Sequence record: MK509462
Direction: 5' to 3' (one strand)
Length of the DNA stretch: 64,000 bases
DNA from: Shigella phage MK-13
How positions within the stretch are numbered: position 1 is the first letter of the stretch; the number at the start of each line of letters is the position of its first letter. Below, piece after piece: positions 1 through 9,935 of the stretch. The notes beneath the pieces were generated by a model that saw nothing but the letters and a program-made list of their open reading frames with translations, ran no database searches and was not told where the DNA came from. A program made the position numbers and the translations under genes.

Positions 1-550
1 ACTTCTTGCTCATGTTGTCTTCAAACAGCTGGGCATAAGACTTCTTGCCGTCGCTGGTAGCAACACGGAACCACTTTGAGAACACGTTGACGAGCGAAGC
101 CCCTTCACCGTTCTGGCCACCAGACTTCTGGTTGTTGTACTCTTCGTCTTCGTCGTTGAAGTTGCTGCCTGCATACAGGGAGCCGAAGAGCATCTCAGGC
201 AACCACTCGTTGGTAACACCGTGCTTCACAACAGGGATGCCCCCGTTATCGGCCACGATGATTTGACCGTTCATCGGGGAAACCGTGACAGTGATTTCCG
301 TCAGGGATTTACCCTCAGGCGTCTTGCTGTGGTCAACACAGTTGGTGATGATTTCATCAAACTGTTTGATCAGGGCGGGGGAGTACTCAAAGTTGTCACG
401 GAAAATGACTTGGTCTTTGGTTGGGTCGTACACCCACACCGTACCAACAGACGAACGGATGCTGCCCAGATGACGCTCTGGGCGAAGGAGGATATGCTCG
501 ACGTGAGTGAGCTTCTTGTACTTGCGTTCAATATCAATTTTATCAGACAT
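1..550 (-). CDS. DNA topoisomerase II ATPase subunit (T4 gp39-like), N-terminal part; C-terminus runs off the window
   Basis: Minus-strand ORF from ATG at 548-550; translation MSDKIDIERKYKKLTHVEHILLRPERHLGS...DEIITNCVD...IIVADNGGIPV matches the type IIA topoisomerase GHKL ATPase N-terminus. Confidence 0.7.
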   Translation of the reverse strand, partial: MSDKIDIERKYKKLTHVEHILLRPERHLGSIRSSVGTVWVYDPTKDQVIFRDNFEYSPALIKQFDEIITNCVDHSKTPEGKSLTEITVTVSPMNGQIIVADNGGIPVVKHGVTNEWLPEMLFGSLYAGSNFNDEDEEYNNQKSGGQNGEGASLVNVFSKWFRVATSDGKKSYAQLFEDNMSKK

Positions 551-599
551 CGGTCTATCCCGTCAATGGTAAACACACAAGATTATGTATGGGCTTGGG

Positions 600-1184
600 T
601 TATAGACCAAATTTAGTACGCCACTTTTCAACTTTGTGTTCAATAGCGTGCTCTACCTTAACAATAGTGCTTTTGAGATTATTGTTATGGTCGCAAGCCA
701 ATTTGGCTGTGTGTTTGATGACACCGTTCACCAACTCGACCAGATTATCATCTGTTCTTTGTGGTTGATTGAGCAACCTGGTAATGCGACCTTTGTAGTG
801 GTTGATCATCGCCATTTGCTTGTCGAGACTATCAACCCCACCACAGAACCAGTAATCTTCCAGGGTGTGTTGTGTAAGATCACTTGTTCGGTTAGCCTGT
901 GACAGAGAGAATATCAATGAATCGAATATCTCGTCTTTGGTCATAGAACCGTGTTGTTGAGTATGCTGGTAGTCGCAAACATACAGCAAGTCCAGAGCAG
1001 AGATAATAACGTCAGCCACTTCACCGTTTAAAGGTTCTGACCCAGCGATACCATACAACACATCAGACAGTTCGCAAGTTTCTTCAACGAGTTTGCAATA
1101 CACAAAAAAGGATGGTCGATTTGGCGTAATCTGGCTCAGTTCGTATGATGTTTCTAACACACGACGAATAAAATTCATTTTCAT
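600..1184 (-). CDS. MazG-like all-alpha NTP pyrophosphohydrolase (candidate dNTPase)
   Basis: 194-aa ORF with EExxEL-like (KLVEETCELSD) and ExxDv (EVADVIISALDLL) motifs typical of MazG/HisE-type NTP-PPases. Confidence 0.45.
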   Translation of the reverse strand: MKMNFIRRVLETSYELSQITPNRPSFFVYCKLVEETCELSDVLYGIAGSEPLNGEVADVIISALDLLYVCDYQHTQQHGSMTKDEIFDSLIFSLSQANRTSDLTQHTLEDYWFCGGVDSLDKQMAMINHYKGRITRLLNQPQRTDDNLVELVNGVIKHTAKLACDHNNNLKSTIVKVEHAIEHKVEKWRTKFGL

Positions 1185-1684
1185 TTCAGAGTTCCTTGTA
1201 TACGGATACGATTAATGTGTGCAATGATATAGTCCATAGAGGTTTGAAAACTATATTTCCCGTTCCGAACGTATGCATGGATCAGAGGGAGTCGACTGTA
1301 CGCCAATCTGATCTTCAGCAGGTCGGGCATTGTCTGGAGTTTCATGCTGGTGGCAAACAGAATGTCCCGCTTGAATTCTTCGGATGATGGATCAAGGACA
1401 GCGATGCGAGTGGCCGCCAACCCCTGCCCATATTGCTTGGCTTCGTAGCCGTCGAGCAAGCGCAGGTTGTCATCCCTGTACTTTAGCCAATACCAGTAGC
1501 CTTCCATGGAGTTGAACACGCCGTGCTCATAGGTAGTCACTGGATGATGGGCAAAATGCGAGAGGAAGCGCCCGAGTTCCGTTTGGCTCTGGCTGTAGAT
1601 GTTGAAGTGATTCTTACCCTCTGTTTCAGGGGTCATCTTGTTCTGTGGAACGCTCATTAACAGCATCATGATGTAGTTTCTCAA
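1181..1684 (-). CDS. hypothetical protein (167 aa)
   Basis: Long minus-strand ORF, stop overlaps the downstream start (ATGA-type); no motif recognised. Confidence 0.55.
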   Translation of the reverse strand: MRNYIMMLLMSVPQNKMTPETEGKNHFNIYSQSQTELGRFLSHFAHHPVTTYEHGVFNSMEGYWYWLKYRDDNLRLLDGYEAKQYGQGLAATRIAVLDPSSEEFKRDILFATSMKLQTMPDLLKIRLAYSRLPLIHAYVRNGKYSFQTSMDYIIAHINRIRIQGTLK

Positions 1685-1711
1685 ATCAAAGTATTGCTGT
1701 GTGCAGCCAGT

Positions 1712-1909
1712 TTATTTCTTCACACACCCCAAATAGGAGCAGAGTAAACCGACAGCAGAAAATATAATGGCAAGTAGGTAACGAGTCACCTGCATTTGTG
1801 ATGTTGTAAGCAGGCTGACAACGCTTTCGAGCGCCAGGAACAAACAAACTCCAGCGACTACACCGAACTTGAACGAATTACGTTCTCTGTTAATTCTGAA
1901 CTTGTACAT
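1712..1909 (-). CDS. small hydrophobic membrane protein (65 aa)
   Basis: ORF with two hydrophobic segments; same strand as neighbours. Confidence 0.4.
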   Translation of the reverse strand: MYKFRINRERNSFKFGVVAGVCLFLALESVVSLLTTSQMQVTRYLLAIIFSAVGLLCSYLGCVKK

Positions 1910-1958
1910 TGTGCGCCTCCTGTTAGGGAAATAGGGGAGTTTCCTCCCCTGTAACTAT

Positions 1959-2459
1959 CTAGCCCAGAAACACTACTAAAGTCAAATTTGTGAAAGCACT
2001 GCGGCTATTGCGCAACATTTCATGGGCGGCAGCCAAGCGTTTCGGATCATGAAGTGTATCAGAGAACACGATGATGTTTGCTTTATCGATACCCGTGCCC
2101 ATGTAATGGGAGATGGTTGTCGTGTGCTGTTTCTTGTCTACATCGGGTGGCGGTACATCCGCGCCTGCTCGGGAGTGGAAGAAATAATCGCGTTCACGAA
2201 CGCTATGGAAGACGCCCATGATGTTGAGGTTGTTCTCTGTCTGGAAATCATAGGACAGAATCTTCTTCAGCGCGGCGGTATGCCCAGTCTGGCGCAGCAT
2301 GCGATAGTACAGTATGTTTCCAGGACAGGTGGGGTCCGTCACGCCTCCCCTCGATTGGCGATCTTTCTGGATTTCATACGCATCCAGGATAAGTTGTTGG
2401 ACCATTCCAATATGGGCAGTCAGGGAGATTTCTACTTTACGCTTGATCATGGATTTCAT
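1959..2459 (-). CDS. hypothetical protein (166 aa)
   Basis: Minus-strand ORF in the co-directional gene block. Confidence 0.5.
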   Translation of the reverse strand: MKSMIKRKVEISLTAHIGMVQQLILDAYEIQKDRQSRGGVTDPTCPGNILYYRMLRQTGHTAALKKILSYDFQTENNLNIMGVFHSVRERDYFFHSRAGADVPPPDVDKKQHTTTISHYMGTGIDKANIIVFSDTLHDPKRLAAAHEMLRNSRSAFTNLTLVVFLG

Positions 2460-2577
2460 TTGGTGTATCCTCAGTTAGGTTCCGCTCATGGGGAACGGGT
2501 CCATTATACACCGAATACTGGAAATGAAAAAGAGGCCGGAGCCTCTTTTGTTAACCCATGATGATCGCGTTCATGAC

Positions 2578-2811
2578 TTATTCCTCTTCATATTTGCCTG
2601 TCCTGAAGTTCCACCTTCGTGCATTCTTCAGGTCGAGGTCTTTGAAGATATTCCCAAAGATCTTTTGGAAGTCGGTCTGCTCTTGTTCTTCCTCAAGATC
2701 CTTGGGTTTCTTGACAGGCTCTTTCACCATACCACCTTCGGGTTTCCCCACATCGGTGGTAGTGGTGCCAGGGGCTGCCGAGTCTTCAAGAAAGTCCTGG
2801 AAGCCCTTCAT
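2578..2811 (-). CDS. hypothetical acidic protein (77 aa)
   Basis: Minus-strand ORF immediately downstream of the Ig-like gene. Confidence 0.4.
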   Translation of the reverse strand: MKGFQDFLEDSAAPGTTTTDVGKPEGGMVKEPVKKPKDLEEEQEQTDFQKIFGNIFKDLDLKNARRWNFRTGKYEEE

Positions 2812-2813
2812 GA

Positions 2814-3623
2814 TTAGACCACAGCCATTTCACAACGGGTGGAGGCCACAGAGTGGCCGTCGGCGTCTTCAACAACACACCAGTACTCACCCTCGTCTGC
2901 GGCATCAACTGCAGTGATAACCAGGCTCGCAGTTGCAGCAGTGGCGTTGGCGCCAGCATCGATCACCACACCTTCACCGCCAGGGACATCAGAGAAGTAC
3001 CAAGCATATGTGTATGGGGTAGTGCCGCCTGTAGCAGCGATGGTGAAGGTTGCGTCTTCACCTGCTGTTACATCCTGAGAAGCAGCCAGATCAGTAGACA
3101 GAGCCAGCGCACCCGCCACTGTGATGACGGTAGAGTCAGTGTGACCACCTTCGATGGTAACACCGTACACAGTCACAGAACCAGGAGCCAGCAGCTTGAA
3201 TTTACCACCGCCGATGTGTACAGCTTTGGTGATGTCACCAGAGTACCAGTTGACACCCTGGTAGGTCGCGTTCGCCGGAGCGACGGTCGCCAGCAGTTCA
3301 ACAACCTGACCGACTTCACCACCAGCAGTCGCAGGGGTGATGGTCAGGCCAGTGGTCAGCACGGCGCTTGGGTCGTGGATTTCGTAAGAGATCTCGAAGC
3401 CGATAGGCTTGGTTGGATCAACTTTGGTCACGCCATCAGCCTGAAGATTGCTCTTGGTCAGAAGTGCATCCAGGCCTTTACACTCGGTCAGGATCTCGTC
3501 AGGGTCTTGGTTAAGACTGGTCTTTTCCCAACCCTTGGCAGTGCCTGTCACGGTGTGCAGACGCTCGGTTTCCGGTTTGTTGCGAACAACTTCCGGTGCT
3601 ACTAATACAGTGATTGTTGGCAT
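2814..3623 (-). CDS. Ig-like domain protein (Hoc-like / BIG2-type)
   Basis: ATG at 3623 with GGAGGA SD; contains a BIG2-like segment (LLATVAPANATYQGVNWYS) and an Ig-like C-terminus (YTYAWYF...GEYWCVVEDADG); ORF-track start at 3635 is GTG. Confidence 0.6.
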   Translation of the reverse strand: MPTITVLVAPEVVRNKPETERLHTVTGTAKGWEKTSLNQDPDEILTECKGLDALLTKSNLQADGVTKVDPTKPIGFEISYEIHDPSAVLTTGLTITPATAGGEVGQVVELLATVAPANATYQGVNWYSGDITKAVHIGGGKFKLLAPGSVTVYGVTIEGGHTDSTVITVAGALALSTDLAASQDVTAGEDATFTIAATGGTTPYTYAWYFSDVPGGEGVVIDAGANATAATASLVITAVDAADEGEYWCVVEDADGHSVASTRCEMAVV

Positions 3624-3994
3624 GGTTTCCTCCACTCGCCCAAATCGTTGTTCAGAGCCATTAATAGCTCGTTATCTGGTTCGTATGAACCGGAACATAA
3701 ATCATCACGCCATACGCCTAACGTCAACAAAGCAGCCTTGAGGCGCGGAAGCTGAGACTTATCCGTTTTCAACACAAGCATACGACAGACTGCTTCTGCT
3801 TCGAACGTATTGAAGAGAGTGATCAGCTGATTCAATATGAGCCTTGGACTCTTGCCAGGCACAAATCTCTTCAATGATTGGTTAATTAGCGAAATTCGCT
3901 GTATGTCTGTCAGCAACTCATCCCGTGAGATAGAATCAACAATGTAATGCCTCAAGGCATACTCTATCAGATTGCTTTCGTCAACGATAACCAT
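3602..3994 (-). CDS. hypothetical protein (130 aa)
   Basis: Minus-strand ORF, overlaps the next gene start. Confidence 0.5.
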   Translation of the reverse strand: MVIVDESNLIEYALRHYIVDSISRDELLTDIQRISLINQSLKRFVPGKSPRLILNQLITLFNTFEAEAVCRMLVLKTDKSQLPRLKAALLTLGVWRDDLCSGSYEPDNELLMALNNDLGEWRKPCQQSLY

Positions 3995-4023
3995 ATAGAT
4001 TAATTCAGCTGTTGTACACTGCT

Positions 4024-4449
4024 TTATTTAATCTGCAATTTTTCGATCAGTTGAGCAATCAACGTAATGCGATCTTCTACTGTGATACCCAAAGGTTCAG
4101 CCAGCAGCTTCAGGTCGTCCATACCCAGAAGGTTCAGAGTATCTGCTGTAATGTTGGTGGAGATGACAGCGCCCTTCTCAAACGGCTTGCCATACTTGTC
4201 GCGACCATAACGCTTCAGCGTGGACGCCAACCCTGGAAGCTCCTGGAGGAGTTCTTTGGTGCCGTCTTGGTATTCGCACACCCAACCGTACCCGCCAGCG
4301 TAGACGACGCCTCCATCCCCGCCTGTAGGCATGTTGTCTACAGCGCGTTGCAGGTAGGTAGGTAACACACCTTCCTCCTTCGCCTGGATGTCATCAACGG
4401 GGGCTGCAGTTGCGGTTTCAACTTTCTTGGTTTCGGGTTTCTTCGCCAT
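4024..4449 (-). CDS. hypothetical protein (141 aa)
   Basis: Minus-strand ORF with lysine-rich N-terminus. Confidence 0.55.
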   Translation of the reverse strand: MAKKPETKKVETATAAPVDDIQAKEEGVLPTYLQRAVDNMPTGGDGGVVYAGGYGWVCEYQDGTKELLQELPGLASTLKRYGRDKYGKPFEKGAVISTNITADTLNLLGMDDLKLLAEPLGITVEDRITLIAQLIEKLQIK

Positions 4450-4723
4450 GATTGGTTCTCCTATAGACTGTTATGTATTTACCACAGCAATTGCAGCAGT
4501 ATACGTGCATTGCATACCCATCATCTGTGAAGTCACAACCACCACAGCGACAGAACAACTTCACGAACTGGTCGCCATGCACTTCACGGGGAGGGAATTG
4601 TTTGTGGGAGTATTCCCTGGTCTCTCCTTCGAATTGGAAAGAGTCAATCAGGAACTTCGTTATCCGGCGGTGTGGTCCATATGCTTGCTGGGCATATTTG
4701 AAGTAGACATCAGTGGTTAACAT
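4418..4723 (-). CDS. cysteine-rich small protein (possible zinc-binding)
   Basis: 101-aa ORF with CRCGGC...CCNCCGK cysteine cluster. Confidence 0.45.
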   Translation of the reverse strand: MLTTDVYFKYAQQAYGPHRRITKFLIDSFQFEGETREYSHKQFPPREVHGDQFVKLFCRCGGCDFTDDGYAMHVYCCNCCGKYITVYRRTNHGEETRNQES

Positions 4724-4774
4724 ATCGACCTCAAAGAAAAGGAGGCCGAAGCCCCCTTGCAGGTTTACTGAAGA

Positions 4775-6337
4775 TTACTTGTACAGGCCAGTGACGTCAA
4801 TAGACTTGTGCTGGCGGTTGTACTCAGCAGTGTAGTCATCCAACACCAGGTATTCGCAGCAGCGGATTTTACTGGAGCCATAATCGTTGGTGATAGACAC
4901 GATATCTTTCGGGTTCAGCTTACAGCGAACAACGCGCTGGCCAACAGAACCGAAACACTGTTTCAGGTAGGCCAGGGAGCACACATGCAGACCGTATGAA
5001 CACAGGTCGGAGTTGTTGTCGTTCACGAATGAGCGAGCCATGCGCACGATAGTGCCTGGTGCGTTGCTGATCGTGTTGCTGTGTTTGTCCATGTAGTTGC
5101 CGCGCACCGATTTGTAGAGGATGATGTCACCATCGTCGTCAATTTCGATGTCGGAGTACGCCATGAACTCATAGATGCGCCCAGACTGAACCAGAGCAGC
5201 CGACGGGTTCTGGAACATTTTGTCCATAAACTTCGCCATGCGGTCCAGGTTGTGGAAGTCACCCTTCAGCATCAGCGCCAGTACACGCTTGGCGATGGAT
5301 GTGCCTGTGATGTCATGGCCAGACCAGCGGACACGGTTGTCAGACACGTCTACCAGACCTTCAGCGTACTTCGCGATGGCATCACGAGGGCGCATCAGCG
5401 AGTATGCCAGCTTCACGTCTTTGTCTTTGATCGCCTGTACGATGCGGTCATATGCTGGATGTGAAGTGGTGATCGTTTCCGGCTTGCCGTCAATTGCGAT
5501 AACAACGCTGTCAGGCAGAATCAGGATCTGGTGTTCGTTCAGGAACACGTCCAGGTCTTTCGCGCCGAAGTCCTGCTTGGTCTTCTTGTCATCAGCCACT
5601 TCTTCAACTTCTTTGATAGCGACAGCGAATTCCACAGAAGACAGAGCCAGGCGCAGGGTGCGGCCGAGGATGGCATCGAAGTAACCAACACGACGACGGG
5701 CATCCAAGGATCCACGAATAGGATAGGTTTCCCCGTCAACCACAACGCTGATTTCAACGTTGCTCGGAACTTTATCCGCACCTTCTGACAGCGCCACAGA
5801 AATTTCTGCCATCTTACCGATAGCTTCAACGCCGAAAGCGCGGCTGTTTCCTTCAACAGGAGTCAGTTCGGATTTTTCAAAGAAAGCCCCTTTGAAATTG
5901 CCGTCGTTAGTGAGACACAGATACTTGTTGTGGTTCGGTAGATATGCCCCAACATACCATTCTGAGTCATCTTTGTCTTTGGCCGTGCCGCCCGGTTGCA
6001 CCTCGAACACTTCCTGCTCTTCCTGCTTGATAGGAGAGATCACAGTTACCTTGTTTTCCTCCTCAGTAATCCGGACCAGCAGAGCGCGAGCAATGGTCTT
6101 GGCGCTTACAGCAAAGAACTCAGCCAGGGCGCGGTTGCTTTCGCCAGCCTTGCTCTTCACCTGAATCTGCTGAATCTCTTCAGTGGTCAGAGATTTCAGC
6201 GATAACGGGTTAACACCGAGTTCCGTGTCTGCAACACGTTGTACAGTCGAGCGGGGTATGCCCAACAGAGTGGCAATTGCGCTCTGGCTCATGCCTGCCT
6301 TCAAATGCTTGAGGATCTTTTCGTCAATCTTGTTCAT
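4775..6337 (-). CDS. rIIB: rIIB-like protein
   Basis: ATG at 6337 (ORF-track start 6424 is TTG); N-terminal HTH-like segment MSQSAIATLLGIPRSTVQRV; C-terminus ...GLHVCSLAYLKQCFG...RVVRCKLNPKDIVSI..DY...KIRCCEY resembles rIIB as recalled; lies directly downstream of rIIA as in T4. Confidence 0.65.
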   Translation of the reverse strand: MNKIDEKILKHLKAGMSQSAIATLLGIPRSTVQRVADTELGVNPLSLKSLTTEEIQQIQVKSKAGESNRALAEFFAVSAKTIARALLVRITEEENKVTVISPIKQEEQEVFEVQPGGTAKDKDDSEWYVGAYLPNHNKYLCLTNDGNFKGAFFEKSELTPVEGNSRAFGVEAIGKMAEISVALSEGADKVPSNVEISVVVDGETYPIRGSLDARRRVGYFDAILGRTLRLALSSVEFAVAIKEVEEVADDKKTKQDFGAKDLDVFLNEHQILILPDSVVIAIDGKPETITTSHPAYDRIVQAIKDKDVKLAYSLMRPRDAIAKYAEGLVDVSDNRVRWSGHDITGTSIAKRVLALMLKGDFHNLDRMAKFMDKMFQNPSAALVQSGRIYEFMAYSDIEIDDDGDIILYKSVRGNYMDKHSNTISNAPGTIVRMARSFVNDNNSDLCSYGLHVCSLAYLKQCFGSVGQRVVRCKLNPKDIVSITNDYGSSKIRCCEYLVLDDYTAEYNRQHKSIDVTGLYK

Positions 6338-6368
6338 CTTGTAGTTCCCACGTTGGTTAACAGGACTA

Positions 6369-9125
6369 TTATGCCCTGATGATGGAATTTGAAATAACGT
6401 CCAAGTAATCCGAAGAATTTTCAATCGGGTTCAGAGCGCTTGGTTTGTAGTTCTCTTTCAAGAACCGGATAACACGGTGGCGCTCGATGGTCAATCGGTT
6501 TTCCCGCCTTGCTTTCAATGACGGAGTCCTCGATATATCAAACGGCGTAAATCCATGAGACCGCAACACATCCGAAGCGTAGCCAAAGATCTGTAGCATC
6601 TGATGTTCTGAACGGAAGATCTTTTCGTCACGCTCGTTGGCGTACAAATTCACGTTAAGAGAATGTATTGTGTCCTGGAAATGGCTAAAGCGGCGCTTGT
6701 CATTGATTGAAACCGGGGCTTTCGCCAGGCTTTGGTAATGACGTACAGTCTGCTCATCCAAGATATCGTCCACGACTTTCATTAACTTGTTGTAACGGCT
6801 GACCAATTTGCCATAACGATCGTCTTCAACATCACCAAACGCCTGGTGAACCAGACGGCTCCCGTATTTTAAACGATCCGCCCCAAGGCGCATGCGGCGG
6901 TATGATTCCAGTATGCGCCTGGCGCTATCGCGCTCCAACATAGGCTTCACGTTTTCCAACATGATCTTCAGGATTTCATCGATCGGGATGAAGACTTCTG
7001 GGAACTTCTTCATCATTGGCACGGATTTACGGCGAGCCAGGAAGATCCTTCTGTGAACGTTCAGTATGTCGCTGATATACACTGGCTTGCCTTCATCGTC
7101 AACACTGACTGCGTGCTCGTACAGAGATTTACGAATACCCCGAGCCGCCGCCGTCGTCAACGTTCTGTCCATCACCTGATGGATACACTCATGGCCGGAC
7201 ACCTCAATGTAGACGATGCGCTCGCCCTTGTTGATAATATCTGAGATCTGGTCGCCCGTCAGTTCTTCTTGCAGGCAGATATCGAAGTTGCTGGATGTGA
7301 ACGGAAACAGGCCAGGGTCTTTGGTGACCGGAGGCGTGACATACGTCAGTTCGTTCATGAACTTGACTTCAGCAGGCTCCAGCACCGCACTCAGCCAATC
7401 GACGAACTTGTCAGCGAAGCACAGATAATCAACCGTCGTTTCTTCTTTACCAATCCAAGTTTCAAAGAAATCATAGAGAGCCTGAGAATTATTGAACGCA
7501 GGGTTGTCCTTAGATTGGTTGCGCTTGGTGACATAGGATGTGTTCGGCTTGGCCACGATGACCATCGTTCCTGTATCTTTCAGCTGCTTGATCTTCAGAT
7601 TACGTGCACGAACACTATCTTCGATCACCACAGTAACGTGCTGTCCACGATCAATCCACTTCTGGATTTCTGAAATGGTCAGGGTACTGGACTCACCCCA
7701 GTCATAGAAGATCTCCATAGAGAACGGCGATGACAGCTCATTGAACGGCGCGGTATGGCCATAATCGCGATCAATCTCAACAGGCAGCGGGTAACGGTAA
7801 TATGAATCATGGAAGCGCTTGTCCGCCGGGTATTCCTTTTCAACCATCTTACGGAACCCGCTACCGAACATTTCGCTCAGTCTTGCCTTCTCCATATACA
7901 GGGCAAGAGGACCACGCTTACACGCCAACTCCAGGTCGCGCATCTTTTCTGCCAAGATTGCATTGGCGGTGCCCTTAAACTCCTCAGAGAGCGTCTCACG
8001 CGTGAATTCGTCATACGACAGGTCTTCACGCGACGGCGGTACGTTCAGGGAACCGAGTTCGAAGAACGTATAGGACGACGGGAACTTGCTCATGATGGAA
8101 GCAGTGTCCGGGTCCAGCTGGTCCAGGTCAATCGGGTACGACACACCACCCATCACAGCATAATGGGTGTTCCCCTGGCCTTTCGGCTGGATGTACGTAT
8201 TGTTGACCTTGAAATCATAACTGATATCTTCCCAGCTGAAGCGGTATGAAGCGTTCTCAACAATTGGGCGTTGTTCAGGGCGCATAACACGACCAAGACG
8301 GACCAGTTCATCGGAGAATGCAGAGAAACGAGCGTTCTTCACCGGGATCTTCACCGTCATACCGTTGAACTCATCAGTGTCTTCCGGCTTTGGATCACGG
8401 GTTTCAAGATCTTTGGTGATCAGATCAACAGTCGGGATGCGCTTGGCGTTCAGGTACATCAGGAAGCGATGGAGTTTACCGTTCATGCGGCTTTCCACAG
8501 TGAACGAATCCGATACCGCAAATGGTGATTTGGAGCCAAGACCGAATGCCCCAATCTGATCATCATCTTCTTCCTTCGTACTGTGGAAGAGGGTGGTGTA
8601 CAATCCAGGCGTACGAATGATCTCGCCGTCTTCACGACGGAACACCAAAGACCCATTGTAGAACCCTGGAATACCGATGACTTCGGCCGAATCGGGGATC
8701 TCGTCTTCCTTCACGACCATGTTGCCTTCCAGCAGCACCTCATCTTCCTGCGCTGGGATGGCTTCACCGATGATCTTCTCAAGCGGCAGACCGATACCGT
8801 AATCACGGATTTCCAGCCATGGCTCAAAGTCATCAGGCAAATGCACAACAACTCGTGTGCCCTTCGGTGCCAGGTATTTGCTGTGGCGGGCAGGAGGGGG
8901 AGTGAGAGGCGCGTAGTGGGATGCTACCATGCGGTGCATACGATCACGCATGCCATGGGAGTCGATGGCGTTACAGGTGGTTTCACGCAGGGCTGCAGCC
9001 TCTTTGTAACGATACAATGATGAGAACAGAGTCTCAAACATCTTGTCGTTCATTTTGACGTTAAACGCCTGCCCCTGAATGGAAGACGACGAGCGGATGA
9101 AGTGCTCGGACTTGCGCATTTTCAT
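6369..9125 (-). CDS. rIIA: rIIA-like protein with N-terminal GHKL ATPase domain
   Basis: 918-aa ORF; Bergerat-fold motifs RETTCNAIDSH (N-box), DYGIG (G1), IGAFGLGSKSPF (G2); GSLNVPPSREDLSYDE segment; adjacent to rIIB and near topoisomerase II as in T4. Confidence 0.8.
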   Translation of the reverse strand: MKMRKSEHFIRSSSSIQGQAFNVKMNDKMFETLFSSLYRYKEAAALRETTCNAIDSHGMRDRMHRMVASHYAPLTPPPARHSKYLAPKGTRVVVHLPDDFEPWLEIRDYGIGLPLEKIIGEAIPAQEDEVLLEGNMVVKEDEIPDSAEVIGIPGFYNGSLVFRREDGEIIRTPGLYTTLFHSTKEEDDDQIGAFGLGSKSPFAVSDSFTVESRMNGKLHRFLMYLNAKRIPTVDLITKDLETRDPKPEDTDEFNGMTVKIPVKNARFSAFSDELVRLGRVMRPEQRPIVENASYRFSWEDISYDFKVNNTYIQPKGQGNTHYAVMGGVSYPIDLDQLDPDTASIMSKFPSSYTFFELGSLNVPPSREDLSYDEFTRETLSEEFKGTANAILAEKMRDLELACKRGPLALYMEKARLSEMFGSGFRKMVEKEYPADKRFHDSYYRYPLPVEIDRDYGHTAPFNELSSPFSMEIFYDWGESSTLTISEIQKWIDRGQHVTVVIEDSVRARNLKIKQLKDTGTMVIVAKPNTSYVTKRNQSKDNPAFNNSQALYDFFETWIGKEETTVDYLCFADKFVDWLSAVLEPAEVKFMNELTYVTPPVTKDPGLFPFTSSNFDICLQEELTGDQISDIINKGERIVYIEVSGHECIHQVMDRTLTTAAARGIRKSLYEHAVSVDDEGKPVYISDILNVHRRIFLARRKSVPMMKKFPEVFIPIDEILKIMLENVKPMLERDSARRILESYRRMRLGADRLKYGSRLVHQAFGDVEDDRYGKLVSRYNKLMKVVDDILDEQTVRHYQSLAKAPVSINDKRRFSHFQDTIHSLNVNLYANERDEKIFRSEHQMLQIFGYASDVLRSHGFTPFDISRTPSLKARRENRLTIERHRVIRFLKENYKPSALNPIENSSDYLDVISNSIIRA

Positions 9126-9202
9126 AGTATAGAAATCCTATCAATGTCAAAGGGAAACATATTGATTGAGTGGGTATGATACTGTGGTGGGCTTCAATTG
9201 AA

Positions 9203-9224
9203 AAAGCCCTCGGCTGAGGGCTTT
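9203..9224 (-). terminator. GC-rich hairpin, likely bidirectional rho-independent terminator
   Basis: aaaGCCCTCggctGAGGGCttt; follows the stop of the 9232-9579 gene and precedes the rIIA start. Confidence 0.5.
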
Positions 9225-9231
9225 GTTCAGA

Positions 9232-9579
9232 TCAATCTTCGGTGGCAAATCGTGCCTGGAAGTTGAATGTCGGTCGGGTTGCCCCAGGCTCAAGGGTTTC
9301 CTCAAGATAGCCCACGACGGTGCGGGTGACTGACACAGGCTCTTTGCGAGGGTTGACCGGAGTGGCCAGTGCGATGATAGAGGACTGCTGCTCTTCTACA
9401 CGCGTGTAGTCCACATTGAAGTGATAACGGCTACCGAACGCGGCCACTTCAACTTCAGTGATCTGTAGATCTTTCAGGTCAGTGCTGCTCAGGGTTCCCA
9501 CGTTCAACTGTGAGCGCAGATGCTCAACAATGTTGGAGTACACATACTGTGGGGTGATCAGCTGTTCAATAGAACTCAT
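9232..9579 (-). CDS. hypothetical protein (115 aa)
   Basis: Minus-strand ORF. Confidence 0.55.
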   Translation of the reverse strand: MSSIEQLITPQYVYSNIVEHLRSQLNVGTLSSTDLKDLQITEVEVAAFGSRYHFNVDYTRVEEQQSSIIALATPVNPRKEPVSVTRTVVGYLEETLEPGATRPTFNFQARFATED

Positions 9580-9734
9580 AACATATCCTCTACTTTTTGG
9601 GTTCGGTTTTACTTAATCGAGCGACCTCTGCTCGAAGGAAGATGATCTCGTCGGCCATCATCTTACCTTCTTCAAACATCACCCATGATCTGGCTAACTT
9701 GGGATTGCCAACGGACAAATCCTTCAGGCGCTCC

Positions 9735-9935
9735 TCACTTACGTTTGCGCTTGTTCTTTCCATTGGTCTTCGCCTTCTTCTTGCGGGTTACAGATGGACG
9801 GCCATGTCCCGGTTCGCCGGGTGTGCCACCCTGAGTGTAACGACGCCCCCACATGTCATCACCACGATGCGCGGCGACGATTTCCATTTCTGACAGCGCT
9901 AGCATAGCAGCAACAGCCGCAGATGATTTCTTCAT
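9735..9935 (-). CDS. hypothetical small basic protein (66 aa)
   Basis: Minus-strand ORF with lysine/arginine-rich C-terminus; weak. Confidence 0.3.
   Translation of the reverse strand: MKKSSAAVAAMLALSEMEIVAAHRGDDMWGRRYTQGGTPGEPGHGRPSVTRKKKAKTNGKNKRKRK

Noticed and set aside
221-616. Plus-strand ORFs overlapping minus-strand genes in 1-21120 (for example 221-616, 2022-2561, 5081-5464, 14357-15163, 16620-17555, 18235-18747, 19159-19950)
   Set aside because: Shadow ORFs on the opposite strand of long, motif-supported genes (topoisomerase, rIIB, DNA polymerase and others); no SD and no recognisable motifs
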